A stretch of 64,000 bases of DNA from Candidatus Kapaibacterium sp. (GTDB lineage Bacteria; Bacteroidota; Ignavibacteria; Kapaibacteriales; UBA2268), in the NCBI GenBank assembly GCA_963665665.1, contig OY762428.1:1504001-1568000 (forward strand), read 5' to 3'. The translations under genes were made by a program, and so were the position numbers. The notes below the pieces were generated by a model, which was not told where the DNA came from, searched no databases, and saw only the letters and a program-made list of their open reading frames with translations. Shown one piece after another: positions 23,621-32,834 of this stretch; position 1 is the first letter of the stretch; each line of letters opens with the position of its first letter.

Positions 23621-24127
23621 ATGGGTAAGAAAAAGCCGGAATTTATAAGAAACGTAGGGCAGCTAATACATTGGCACTATGCGAAACTAATAGCCGAGGC
23701 CCGATGTGGCAGCCGGGAAGAATATGCCCTTGTGATGCATGGATATAAAAAGCTGGAGTCGGGAGAAATCAGTATTTCGGGCTTGATCCGCGATAATAAA
23801 AAATTTCTTGAATTGGAAAAGTGCTGTGTGTACTGCCGATCAACAACCAATATTCAACTTGATCATATAATACCGTTAAGTAAAGGAGGCCCGGATACCT
23901 TTGATAATCTTATCTACGCCTGCCGGAATTGCAATATCTCAAAGGGTAACAAAAGCCTGCCAGAATGGTATGGCGATAATTACAGTAATGAAATTCCTGC
24001 AATCGTTTTCTCAAAATTTCTGAAGCTGATCTATCAAAAACATAAAGAAAACGACACCCTAAAGGAAACCGATTTTAATGGTGACGGAATTCTTGATTAC
24101 CGTGATTTAACAGATGTCTTTTGTTAA
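23621..24127 (+). CDS. HNH endonuclease
   Basis: CVYC...LDHIIPLSKGGPDTFDNLIYACRNCNISKG. Confidence 0.92.
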   Translation: MGKKKPEFIRNVGQLIHWHYAKLIAEARCGSREEYALVMHGYKKLESGEISISGLIRDNKKFLELEKCCVYCRSTTNIQLDHIIPLSKGGPDTFDNLIYACRNCNISKGNKSLPEWYGDNYSNEIPAIVFSKFLKLIYQKHKENDTLKETDFNGDGILDYRDLTDVFC

Positions 24128-24143
24128 AGGAAAAACAAAGTAT

Positions 24144-25013
24144 TTACCTATTACCCTCGTAAACCCTTCTGACCAAATCTTTTATAACTTCATTATTGTT
24201 CTTTATTTCATCTTTTGTAAGCCTGATTCGGTAGCTTCTGCCTCTAATATCATAATCAATAACTTCGAATCCGGCTTCATCAAAAATATTTTCAATTGAC
24301 TCATTTTTTTCAGATCTCAGGTGCAGTACGATATATTTCTTCCTTGGTTTAAGGGCAAAGATATTGTTCGATACTCCGTTCTTCCGAAGGCCAATATAGA
24401 ATTTATTATATTTCAGTTCGTACTGGTTATCAAATTCATGCAGGATTTCAAGAAGTTTGTCCGCAAGAAGAACTGTTTCCTTTGTTGCTTTGTTTTCCCA
24501 GTATGCCCTGTCAACCAGTTCCTGTTCAGACTCGTCTTCGTCCACAAGGCCAAGAGTAAGCTGATTAAGTATGGTAGTAAAAACGAGGGATATTTTGTCC
24601 TCCAACCTAATCGCATTCAGCTGTATGGCAATTACTGGAATAAATCCGTTGAACAGACTGATCACGTTGAAAAAACGGCTGGTAATATCCTCGGCAATAA
24701 TAACAGCGCAATGTTCATATTGCGGATAGCGTTTTCTTTCGATGTCCCAATACTCAAGAGTTCTGATAATATGGCTTTCGTCAGTTTTTCCAAGTTGGAG
24801 TTCTACTTCATACCTTTGGTAAGTATCAGGATCCTGTAGTAACAAATCCAATCTGCCGGAATTTGGCTGGCTCCTTTCAATATCTTTAAGAATCAAATCT
24901 CCAAGGCCAAGAATCGATGGATCTTCGGCAATTCTTTCCTGTACCCATTTCTCGTTTATATTCGGCTGATCTTTTAGTGAAATCTTTACAACTTTAACAT
25001 AATTTGTTGTCAT
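24144..25013 (-). CDS. NucS-like PD-(D/E)XK endonuclease with a DUF5655-like C-terminal domain
   Basis: E..VQE..I...P..LG, GRLDLL, YEVELQLG, HIIRTLEYW; C-terminal LKYNKFYIGL. Confidence 0.75.
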   Translation of the reverse strand: MTTNYVKVVKISLKDQPNINEKWVQERIAEDPSILGLGDLILKDIERSQPNSGRLDLLLQDPDTYQRYEVELQLGKTDESHIIRTLEYWDIERKRYPQYEHCAVIIAEDITSRFFNVISLFNGFIPVIAIQLNAIRLEDKISLVFTTILNQLTLGLVDEDESEQELVDRAYWENKATKETVLLADKLLEILHEFDNQYELKYNKFYIGLRKNGVSNNIFALKPRKKYIVLHLRSEKNESIENIFDEAGFEVIDYDIRGRSYRIRLTKDEIKNNNEVIKDLVRRVYEGNR

Positions 25014-25313
25014 TTTTTACGATCCCCTAAATTTCAAACAGCTATTATGGAATTAATCTTTAATATTACAAGATTATTCTATAATTTTATAGCATAAACC
25101 AAGCCAAAACTGAATTGGGAATTGTATATTGGCGGTATTTTACAATATTAGCCCAGCCTAATAAAATACCGGGGTATAAAACCATGGGGTTGCAAATAAA
25201 AACCCCTTAGAAGCGATTTATGTAGGCCAGTCTTGAAAAGCAAGGACTGGTGAGGGTTTTGGGGTATGCTTCAGGAAATATTATGAAATTTATAGGAATT
25301 TGCAATATTCTAT

Positions 25314-25541
25314 TTACTTTTCCGGTTTAAATGAAAGCCCTTTATAAATAAATTCCCCTTTTTGGCCTGAAAATATTCTATCATGTTTTATTGAATTATC
25401 GAAGATGTTTTGTGGAATGTTATCGAAGGCCTGGCAGGATTTATCTGAGATGAAATATTCACAACTTAAACATTGGGAGATACAGTTTGAAAAATCATCT
25501 GTTGCCCATCTTTCTTGTATTGTCATTGGTTTCTTCTTCAT
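25314..25541 (-). CDS. Small Cys/His-rich phage-type protein
   Basis: CLSC...CQAFDNIP...KH...GQKGEFIY. Confidence 0.6.
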   Translation of the reverse strand: MKKKPMTIQERWATDDFSNCISQCLSCEYFISDKSCQAFDNIPQNIFDNSIKHDRIFSGQKGEFIYKGLSFKPEK

Positions 25542-25545
25542 TGTT

Positions 25546-25920
25546 TTACCTACCACACTCTATCCCGAATAACTGGTATTCGAGGCAGTCGTGTTTCTTA
25601 TTAGATTTTGATTTCTTCCTCGGTTTTGTTGTTTTGCTGCCTTTTGGATAACATCTGTTGAATTTATCAAAGATTTCTGCTGCTCGAGGATTTTTGCGGC
25701 ATCCTCTTTCTATTGTTCCGTAGCGTATCTGGTAGCCTATCACTTCGCAATTGTTGTCCACTATTGGACTGATAACTACCTGCTGAGGCGACAGTTCCGG
25801 AGCAATCTCTATTTCCGGAATATAGTCGATATTCATTCTTTCAACGGTCTGGCACATTTTGGAAAGTTTAACTTTCGATTCAATTTTATCAACAACCTTC
25901 AAAAAAGCCATCTGTTTCAA
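25546..25920 (-). CDS. Hypothetical protein
   Basis: 124-aa ORF with a basic C-terminus, abutting the next gene; start uncertain. Confidence 0.5.
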   Translation of the reverse strand: MKQMAFLKVVDKIESKVKLSKMCQTVERMNIDYIPEIEIAPELSPQQVVISPIVDNNCEVIGYQIRYGTIERGCRKNPRAAEIFDKFNRCYPKGSKTTKPRKKSKSNKKHDCLEYQLFGIECGR

Positions 25921-26080
25921 CAGTTGACAGTTCAGGAGTTATTATTTACGGCTATGTAGAACACCTATCAGTTAATGAATTGAGAATTACTTTCAATTAT
26001 CCTTTCGCTGGGTTGGCGGTTTGTAATTGAAACAAAAAGCAGGGCCGGAACCCTGCTAATTATAATTATGTTGTTAATAT

Positions 26081-29000
26081 TTACTTAGTAAATATAAATT
26101 TCTCAATGATGCTTGTATTGCCATCAGATATTCTGATAAAATACATTCCGGTAGATTGATCCTGCATATCAAATTCAATTTTATTTCTTCCGAAGTTTAG
26201 ACAATTACTGAGATTCATCAGCTTATTCCCAAACATATCAATAATATCGAGAGTATAATTGCCAGGTTGGTAAATCTCAAGTTCTACTGTGCCCTGATAC
26301 TGTACCGGGTTAGGATAAACCGCCAGAATCCTGAATTCCTTGTTGTCTATTTCTTCGACGGAATTAGCTTCGGACGGGACCGCGCTGACTACTTTTGAAA
26401 AGCTGGATTCCTCGAAATCCTCGTTAATCGACGTGTACATGTAATAGTAGCGTTTGTAGGCTTCCACGCCTTTGTCGGTATAAGCGAGGTCGGAAACTAC
26501 GGTCCCGTTCACCCGAATAGTGTCGGTGTAAGTCGTGTCCGTTTTATTCTCAAAGCGATAAACGTTATATCCTATAGACGTTTCGCCGGGCTCGGCTTCC
26601 CATTCCAGATCAACCTGTCCCTTGCCGCCTTCGGCAGTGAATATGGTGGATGCAGCCCCGGCAGCATCGATAACGAAGGAGAAGCGGCTGTCCTCGATAG
26701 GAATTTTGAAGTATTCATCATCCTGGGCATCAGCAACGCGGATGTAGTTAATCCCGTCGCCGGTATATTTATTGAAATAGTAAGTGGCCGTCCAGATTTT
26801 TCCTTCTGCATCCCAGCTGCCGCTCGTTTTCACCGCGTGCTGCGTGAACGGTTCCCGCACGCCGAAGGACAGGAAGGGCTCTACGCTCTTATCCATTTTC
26901 CTGTTAAAGTACACTTCGAATGTATGCTCTCCCTCGCCGAATGCGTCAATATTCCCCGCTTCGGGGTACTTACCGTCAACCAACACTTTCCAGACTATGC
27001 CGTGGGCGGAGTCGGAGGGTTGGGTTAGGAAGGGTTCGTAGACTACTAATCTATAATCAAAATTATCCCAGAAATCATAAATCATATCATCAATTTTTTT
27101 CTTGTCGGAGGTTCCCCAATAGTTATAATTATTTATGCATGTATCTTTTCCTTTAAAGCTACTAACTGAGTACGGGTTGTTATTGACAAAACTATTGTTC
27201 TTTACCACACTTCCTTTATATATGTTGTGCATCGCACCACCAGCAATTGAATTTTCTGAATTATTCCAAAAATTATTATTAGTTATTACAGATGATAAGT
27301 CACGGTCATGATTGGTTATGTTGTTAATTTGGTTATGAATAAAATTATTTCTGTCAATTGTCGCATTTTCGATAATATTGCTATTTGTTGATGTTCGTCC
27401 AATATTCTGCTTTGATAATATTGAATTTCTTATTTCCAAATATCCGCCAAAAGAATAAAACCTAATATTTTCAAGAATACAATAATTAATAATGCATTTA
27501 TTACGGATTTCAATATGCTTATCATGATCAAAGGGATAAAATCCCATGAATTTAATAAGATGATCTTTATTACCTATCGCAATAAGCTCTCCTTCAACTC
27601 TTAAATAAATATTATCATAAATTTCTATTTCGGTTCCAGACTCAATAGTCAAAATTGCACTTTCTAGCAACAGTGTATTCCCAACAATCAAATATAAATT
27701 ATCCTTAGTCCATGTTTGGTCCTCAGATATAACTCCGCTGATTTCAATTCCTTTTTCAGTATTAACAATAAGCTCTTTTTTGCTGGTGTCCGCCGAACCT
27801 TCTTCCCAGGCAAGAGCCTCGAACACAATGTCCCTGTTGTGAACTATATTATTCGATATTTTGACTTGAAAAGGGTTGTCGAAATTTTGACGGGAAGCGT
27901 ATGCTCCGAGCGCTCCGAGGTTTACAAGACTATTATAAATCGTTGCGACGGATTTGTCTTCGTTGTCGGCAAGCTGAAGTTTCATCCAAACCGTTTTTGA
28001 ATTTCCTCCGGCATTACGAATCTTGACGTTGAATTCAATGTCTTCGCCGGCGTCCGCTCGGTAATCGCCGTCTCCTTTCAGCGTGTCGACAAGTATAAAC
28101 GAAGCGACCTGGAGAACCGGCTTTGGCGAAAAAGCCAGAGTTTTCTCAAGATCGAAGACGTTAGTACCGTTTGCGCCTATTATTCTCGCCCAAATCATTT
28201 CCTGGGATTCGTCTTTTAAATCTTTGTAAATCGATAAAGCGCCGGCAATAACAGGCGCCGCCATCGACGTGCCCTGCAAACTTTTATACCTGTTATTGGG
28301 ATACGCGCTCATTATCTCCGTACCGGGAGCGACAACTTCATAATTAAGCAAATTTGGGTATCCGCTATTAATCGGTCCGTCGATGTCGGTATTCGTAAAG
28401 TCCGCTAATTCGTTTTGATTATCGCTCGCCTTTACGCCAAGAACATATTGAAAAGCGGCCGGGTAAAAAGGCTCGCAACCGACGCCCGGTCCGATACATA
28501 TAGCGTCATTACCCGCAGCCGCAACCAAAACCGCTTTCGAATATGCGTAAGCAAGCGCGTCTTCCATAGCCTGGGAGCGGGCATAAGAGCCGAAGCTCAT
28601 ATTTATGACGGTCGCGCCGTTGTCCGCCGCCCAGCGAATGCCCTGGGCTATGGTCGCCGCGTCTCCGCGGCCCGAGCTCTGCAATACCTTTACGGGCAAT
28701 ATTTTTGCGTTGGGGTTTACGCCGCAGATTCCGATTCCGTTGTTTCCGACCGCGGCGGCTATTCCCGCTACGTGCGTACCGTGACCGTTGTCGTCGTTTG
28801 GGTCGTTGTCGTTGTTAATAAAGTCTTTTCCCTGCAGGCAATTCGCTTTTAAATCGGGATGCTCCGTATCGACGCCGGTGTCGAGAATACCGATAATCTG
28901 GTTGCTGGTTCCGCCGGTTTGCTCCCATACTTTATCGATTTTGCAGCGTTCGATATACCATTGGTCGCCGTAAAGCTCGTCGTTGGGGTCGGCGCAAGCT

Positions 29001-29413
29001 TCATAGATATAATTCGGTTCGGCGTATTCAATTTCGTCCAGATACTTTAGCTCCCTGATCAGAGGCTCCATGTCCCGGCTGTTCTCAAGCTTTAGCATGA
29101 ATATCTTCGACAAATCTCTCAGCTCAATATCATCTCCGCCGAGAACCTGAATTTTCTTTTTTTCGAACTTAAAATCACTGAAAAGCGGTTCTGTATTTTT
29201 TACAGAATAATTTTTCAGAACTTCATTCAGTTTATTATCGCTTGATAATACCACATCTCCTGATTTTTTTATTGTGGTTGTAGTTTTATCTTTGAATTTA
29301 ACGATTACGTCGCCCGGGACGTATGGATGAATCTCAATTTGCTGGGATTGCAGGGATGTAATTGAAAAAAAGAATAAAATGGCACTGAGAAAAACAGTAA
29401 AGCGAGTAAGCAT
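26081..29413 (-). CDS. Secreted S8 subtilisin-like protease with beta-helix-like, Ig/FN3 and T9SS C-terminal domains
   Basis: Triad LDTGVD / HGTHVAG / GTSMAAP; AAAGND; GYNVYR FN3; VYPNPV...TGMYFIRI CTD. Confidence 0.92.
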   Translation of the reverse strand: MLTRFTVFLSAILFFFSITSLQSQQIEIHPYVPGDVIVKFKDKTTTTIKKSGDVVLSSDNKLNEVLKNYSVKNTEPLFSDFKFEKKKIQVLGGDDIELRDLSKIFMLKLENSRDMEPLIRELKYLDEIEYAEPNYIYEACADPNDELYGDQWYIERCKIDKVWEQTGGTSNQIIGILDTGVDTEHPDLKANCLQGKDFINNDNDPNDDNGHGTHVAGIAAAVGNNGIGICGVNPNAKILPVKVLQSSGRGDAATIAQGIRWAADNGATVINMSFGSYARSQAMEDALAYAYSKAVLVAAAGNDAICIGPGVGCEPFYPAAFQYVLGVKASDNQNELADFTNTDIDGPINSGYPNLLNYEVVAPGTEIMSAYPNNRYKSLQGTSMAAPVIAGALSIYKDLKDESQEMIWARIIGANGTNVFDLEKTLAFSPKPVLQVASFILVDTLKGDGDYRADAGEDIEFNVKIRNAGGNSKTVWMKLQLADNEDKSVATIYNSLVNLGALGAYASRQNFDNPFQVKISNNIVHNRDIVFEALAWEEGSADTSKKELIVNTEKGIEISGVISEDQTWTKDNLYLIVGNTLLLESAILTIESGTEIEIYDNIYLRVEGELIAIGNKDHLIKFMGFYPFDHDKHIEIRNKCIINYCILENIRFYSFGGYLEIRNSILSKQNIGRTSTNSNIIENATIDRNNFIHNQINNITNHDRDLSSVITNNNFWNNSENSIAGGAMHNIYKGSVVKNNSFVNNNPYSVSSFKGKDTCINNYNYWGTSDKKKIDDMIYDFWDNFDYRLVVYEPFLTQPSDSAHGIVWKVLVDGKYPEAGNIDAFGEGEHTFEVYFNRKMDKSVEPFLSFGVREPFTQHAVKTSGSWDAEGKIWTATYYFNKYTGDGINYIRVADAQDDEYFKIPIEDSRFSFVIDAAGAASTIFTAEGGKGQVDLEWEAEPGETSIGYNVYRFENKTDTTYTDTIRVNGTVVSDLAYTDKGVEAYKRYYYMYTSINEDFEESSFSKVVSAVPSEANSVEEIDNKEFRILAVYPNPVQYQGTVELEIYQPGNYTLDIIDMFGNKLMNLSNCLNFGRNKIEFDMQDQSTGMYFIRISDGNTSIIEKFIFTK

Positions 29414-29787
29414 AAAGCCCCCTGATAATGTTATATTTCTATTGCTAAATTATTTTACAATAACAATATAACCAAAATTACCAAAATTGAAAAAAAAATA
29501 CAAAAAATAATGAAACTATTCCCGACAAAAAATGTCGAACAACAATTTTTGTCTGTTTTACCAGGTGGCAAGTGCCCAATATGATAAGCTCCCCAATATT
29601 TAGACATATTTAAGTATAGTTTAAGTTATTTCAATTGATCAAATAGATCAAAATAACCAAATAATCAATGTAAGACACATATTAGATAAGTTAATAATTT
29701 TCCGGAAGTGTGAGCGGCTTCCTTCAAAAATAACAGCGAATTAAGATAAGATATTCTTAACTTGCAAAAAATCAAAAGGAGCATCAA

Positions 29788-30075
29788 ATGGCAAACAAAC
29801 GAAGAAATTACAGTTCAAAATTCAAAATGCAGGTAGCCCTGGAGGCAGTCCAAGAGAGAAAAACAATAACCGAGCTGGCATCGGAGTACGGGGTTCATCC
29901 AAACCAGATAAGCATGTGGAAAAAGCATTTAAAAGAAAGTGAAAAGGAAGTATTTGAAAACAAGCGTGGGCCAGGGAAGAATAAAAAAGAAAAAGACGAA
30001 TCAGTATTATATGAAGAAATAGGCCAGCTAAAAATTGAATTAGACTGGTTAAAAAAAAAATTGGGACGTGAGTAA
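29788..30075 (+). CDS. IS3 transposase OrfA
   Basis: RRNYSSKFKMQVAL...ELASEYGVHPNQISMWKK; A10 run at 30051-30060. Confidence 0.92.
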   Translation: MANKRRNYSSKFKMQVALEAVQERKTITELASEYGVHPNQISMWKKHLKESEKEVFENKRGPGKNKKEKDESVLYEEIGQLKIELDWLKKKLGRE

Positions 30076-30913
30076 AAAAGAGCGTAGAAATATGGTAGAT
30101 GCTGATAATAAAGAAATTAGCATAAGCCGGCAGTGCGAGCTTTTGGGTATTAGCAGGAGCTGTTATTATTACAAACCCAAGGGTGAAAGTGAAGCAAATA
30201 TTCTATATATGAAGCTGATCAAAGAACAATTCGCGATTACTCCATTTTATGGAGCCAGAAAAATGACAGCACACTTACGTTCTTTGGGATACCATGTTAA
30301 CTATAAACGAATCAGGCGATTAATGAAATTATTGGGACTTCGGGCAATATATCCCCAACCGGACACGAGCAAACCGAACAAGGAGCACAAAATTTATCCA
30401 TACCTGTTGAGGGATATGAAAATAAGTCGTCCGGATCAGGTTTGGAGCCTGGATATAACATATATTCCGATGCGTAAAGGATTTATGTATCTTATAGCAA
30501 TTATAGATGTTTATAGCAGGTATATCGTCGACTGGGAATTATCGAATAACCTTGAGAAGGAGTTCTGCATAGATACAATAAAAAGGTCTTTGAAAACCAG
30601 GAAACCGGAAATAACAAACACGGATCAGGGCAGTCAGTTCACGAGCAATGATTTTGTGAAAACGATTCTGGATGCTGATGTTAAGGTAAGCATGGACGGC
30701 AAGGGCCGCGCCTTGGACAATGTTTACATAGAACGCTTCTGGCGGAGCTTTAAATACGAAGACCTGTATCTGAAGTCTTACGAAGACGGAAAAGAGCTCT
30801 ATGGCGGTATAAAGGCTTATGTCGATTGGTATAACAACACGAGGCCGCACGCAGGAATTGAATACCAGATTCCGGCTGAAAAATATATGAACGAACAGCG
30901 GTTCGTTAATTGA
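30068..30913 (+). CDS. IS3 transposase OrfB (DDE)
   Basis: WSLDITY, NTDQGSQFTS, DNVYIERFWRSFKYE. Confidence 0.95.
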   Translation: MSKKERRNMVDADNKEISISRQCELLGISRSCYYYKPKGESEANILYMKLIKEQFAITPFYGARKMTAHLRSLGYHVNYKRIRRLMKLLGLRAIYPQPDTSKPNKEHKIYPYLLRDMKISRPDQVWSLDITYIPMRKGFMYLIAIIDVYSRYIVDWELSNNLEKEFCIDTIKRSLKTRKPEITNTDQGSQFTSNDFVKTILDADVKVSMDGKGRALDNVYIERFWRSFKYEDLYLKSYEDGKELYGGIKAYVDWYNNTRPHAGIEYQIPAEKYMNEQRFVN

Positions 30914-31289
30914 AAACTTTGTTGGAAAAGTGAAAAAATGCAATCCGGTAAGCAATTGATAAAAAAAGAAATAGAAAGGAGAGTGAAAGTTATCCACAAT
31001 TTCCAGGTTGTTAACAAAAAGAAAAAAAAGTAGCAAAAAAAAGAAAAATTAATATTATTACATATTTTTTTCTTATTTTATTAGAGAAGAAGTATAGATT
31101 AATAAACACCATAAACTATACTTTTATTTGTCTAAGCAATAGGGAGCATTTCAGTGAAGCAAGTTTCCATCATATAAATTACTCTGCTAAACAGTTTAAT
31201 TTTTTAACCATATTATTCATCAATAGATAAAATTACTTCATAAAATATTTATTAGGATATCCAATAAAATTAACAAAAAACGATTTTAA

Positions 31290-31682
31290 TTTTTTCCAAT
31301 TACACAACAGGTAAAAGAATTATTATTGGAGCAACTCAAATTTGCAAAAAGTCGTTTAGGAACTGACAAGAAGGAAAAAGTCTTTCGTTGGGAAGCCAGT
31401 TCCTCCAGCCGTCTGACGAGAAGATTCAACACTATCTGTAACGAAGCCGGCTGCCGAATCAACAACCAATCATTTCACCGCCTGAGAAATACTTTCAGCA
31501 ATAAAATATTGGATTCAGATATGACCGCTGTTGAAATGCGGCGCGCTATGAGGCATAGCAATATTCAGACAACAATCGAAAAGTATGAAAAAAGAAAGAA
31601 AGAGAAGATGGGGGAAAAAATCCAAAGTGTTGTTACGATTGATAAATCATGGAAGAATTCTCAAAAACAAAATAATAAATGA
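31290..31682 (+). pseudogene. Tyrosine integrase, C-terminal remnant
   Basis: FPITQQVKELLLEQ...SFHRLRNTF...MRHSNIQTTIEKY (HxxR, H, Y); in-frame stop directly upstream; first catalytic R and N-terminal domains missing. Confidence 0.8.
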
Positions 31683-31688
31683 ATCGGA

Positions 31689-31716
31689 AAAAGTTCTAAT
31701 AAAAGTTCTAATAACG
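31689..31716. other. Putative integrase arm-type sites, tRNA-proximal end
   Basis: AAAAGTTCTAATAAAAGTTCTAATAACG. Confidence 0.65.
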
Positions 31717-31788
31717 GAGCACAAATTTAACTTGAAATGCACAAATCTGACAAAAATATTTTTTGAGAATAATTTCTGTTCAAAATGC

Positions 31789-31824
31789 AAAAACCCGCTA
31801 CAGTTCTACCTATAGCGGGTTTTT
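31789..31824 (-). terminator. tRNA-Thr terminator
   Basis: AAAAACCCGCTACAG-TTCTAC-CTATAGCGGGTTTTT; copy at 15282-15317. Confidence 0.8.
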
Positions 31825-31831
31825 GTTTTCG

Positions 31832-31904
31832 AGCCAACATGCGGACTTGAACCGCAGACCTGCTCATTACGAATGAGCTGCTCTACCAGCTGAGCTATGT
31901 TGGC
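31832..31904 (-). tRNA. tRNA-Thr(CGT)
   Basis: GCCAACATAGCTCAGCTGGTAGAGCAGCTCATTCGTAATGAGCAGGTCTGCGGTTCAAGTCCGCATGTTGGCT; full cloverleaf; CCA not encoded. Confidence 0.97.
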
Positions 31905-32019
31905 TTTTTGCTTATGCAAAAAAGAACGTTTCCAAAAATACTCAATACCTAAATAATTTCATAAATTTTTTTTATCTTCTCACGTTGTAATTGTCAGGTA
32001 TTAACAAACTGGATTAAAA

Positions 32020-32718
32020 TTGAGAAATCAGGACAGAAATATTATAATTCTCGGGCTAATAGTTTTAGCCACGATACTTCTATGGCAGGCGCCTTTCGGA
32101 CGTTATGCATTATATCCTTTCATTATTCTCGGCACCTGGTTCCATGAAATGGGACACGGGCTGGCTGCAATGTTACTCGGTGGAAATTTTAAACAATTAG
32201 AAATATATTCTAACGGATCCGGACTGGCCATTCATAGCGGATCGCTATTTCTCGGGCCGATCGGCAGCGCCATAGTAGCAGCTGCAGGGCCAATTGGGCC
32301 AACACTTGCTGGCGCCGGCCTTGTTATAAGTTCCTCAAAAAAGAAAAACGCTAAAATAGCTTTAATTATCCTGTCAGTATTACTGATAGTTTCTCCAATT
32401 ATCTGGATCAGGTCAATTTTCGGCTTTTTAATTATCCTTGTATTCGGTATAGCTTCAACCTTAATTGCCCTGAAAGGCAATGACCGGCTTATACAATTTA
32501 CCGCACAGTTCCTGGGCGTCCAGGCATGGCTCAGTCTGTATCTAAGTATTGACTACTTGTTTTCTGCCGGGGCGGAGGTTGGCGGAAGCCGCTTCATGTC
32601 TGATACTTCCGTTATTTCTGAAAATCTATTTCTTCCCTATTGGATATGGGCCGGGCTTATAGTAATTTTCTCGGCTTTTGTTATTTATCGCAGTATAAGC
32701 TATGTTCGAAAGCATTAG
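32020..32718 (+). CDS. M50B-like membrane metallopeptidase
   Basis: FHEMGHG, AAAGP, SD motif, multiple TM helices. Confidence 0.88.
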   Translation: MRNQDRNIIILGLIVLATILLWQAPFGRYALYPFIILGTWFHEMGHGLAAMLLGGNFKQLEIYSNGSGLAIHSGSLFLGPIGSAIVAAAGPIGPTLAGAGLVISSSKKKNAKIALIILSVLLIVSPIIWIRSIFGFLIILVFGIASTLIALKGNDRLIQFTAQFLGVQAWLSLYLSIDYLFSAGAEVGGSRFMSDTSVISENLFLPYWIWAGLIVIFSAFVIYRSISYVRKH

Positions 32719-32834
32719 ATTATTCGAAAAGCAAATATCAAATGGTAAAACCGGCTTTCCAAAAGCAGTTTATTAATAGTTTTCTCTGATATTTTTTCTT
32801 AATTTATAGGGATTTATTTTTTCAGGAAAGGGAT

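Larger units (their letters stand above)
29582..31153 (+). mobile_element. IS3 family insertion sequence
   Basis: ~42-bp imperfect terminal IRs (TGATAAGCTCCCCAATATTTAGACA... / ...TGTCTAAGCAATAGGGAGCATTTCA), TG...CA ends, orfA/orfB; no target duplication seen. Confidence 0.92.
15232..31875. mobile_element. Genomic island integrated at tRNA-Thr(CGT); integrase truncated
   Basis: 137-bp direct repeats at 15232-15368 and 31739-31875 (5 mismatches) containing the tRNA 3' half; tyrosine integrase remnant next to the intact tRNA; accessory gene content. Confidence 0.92.
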
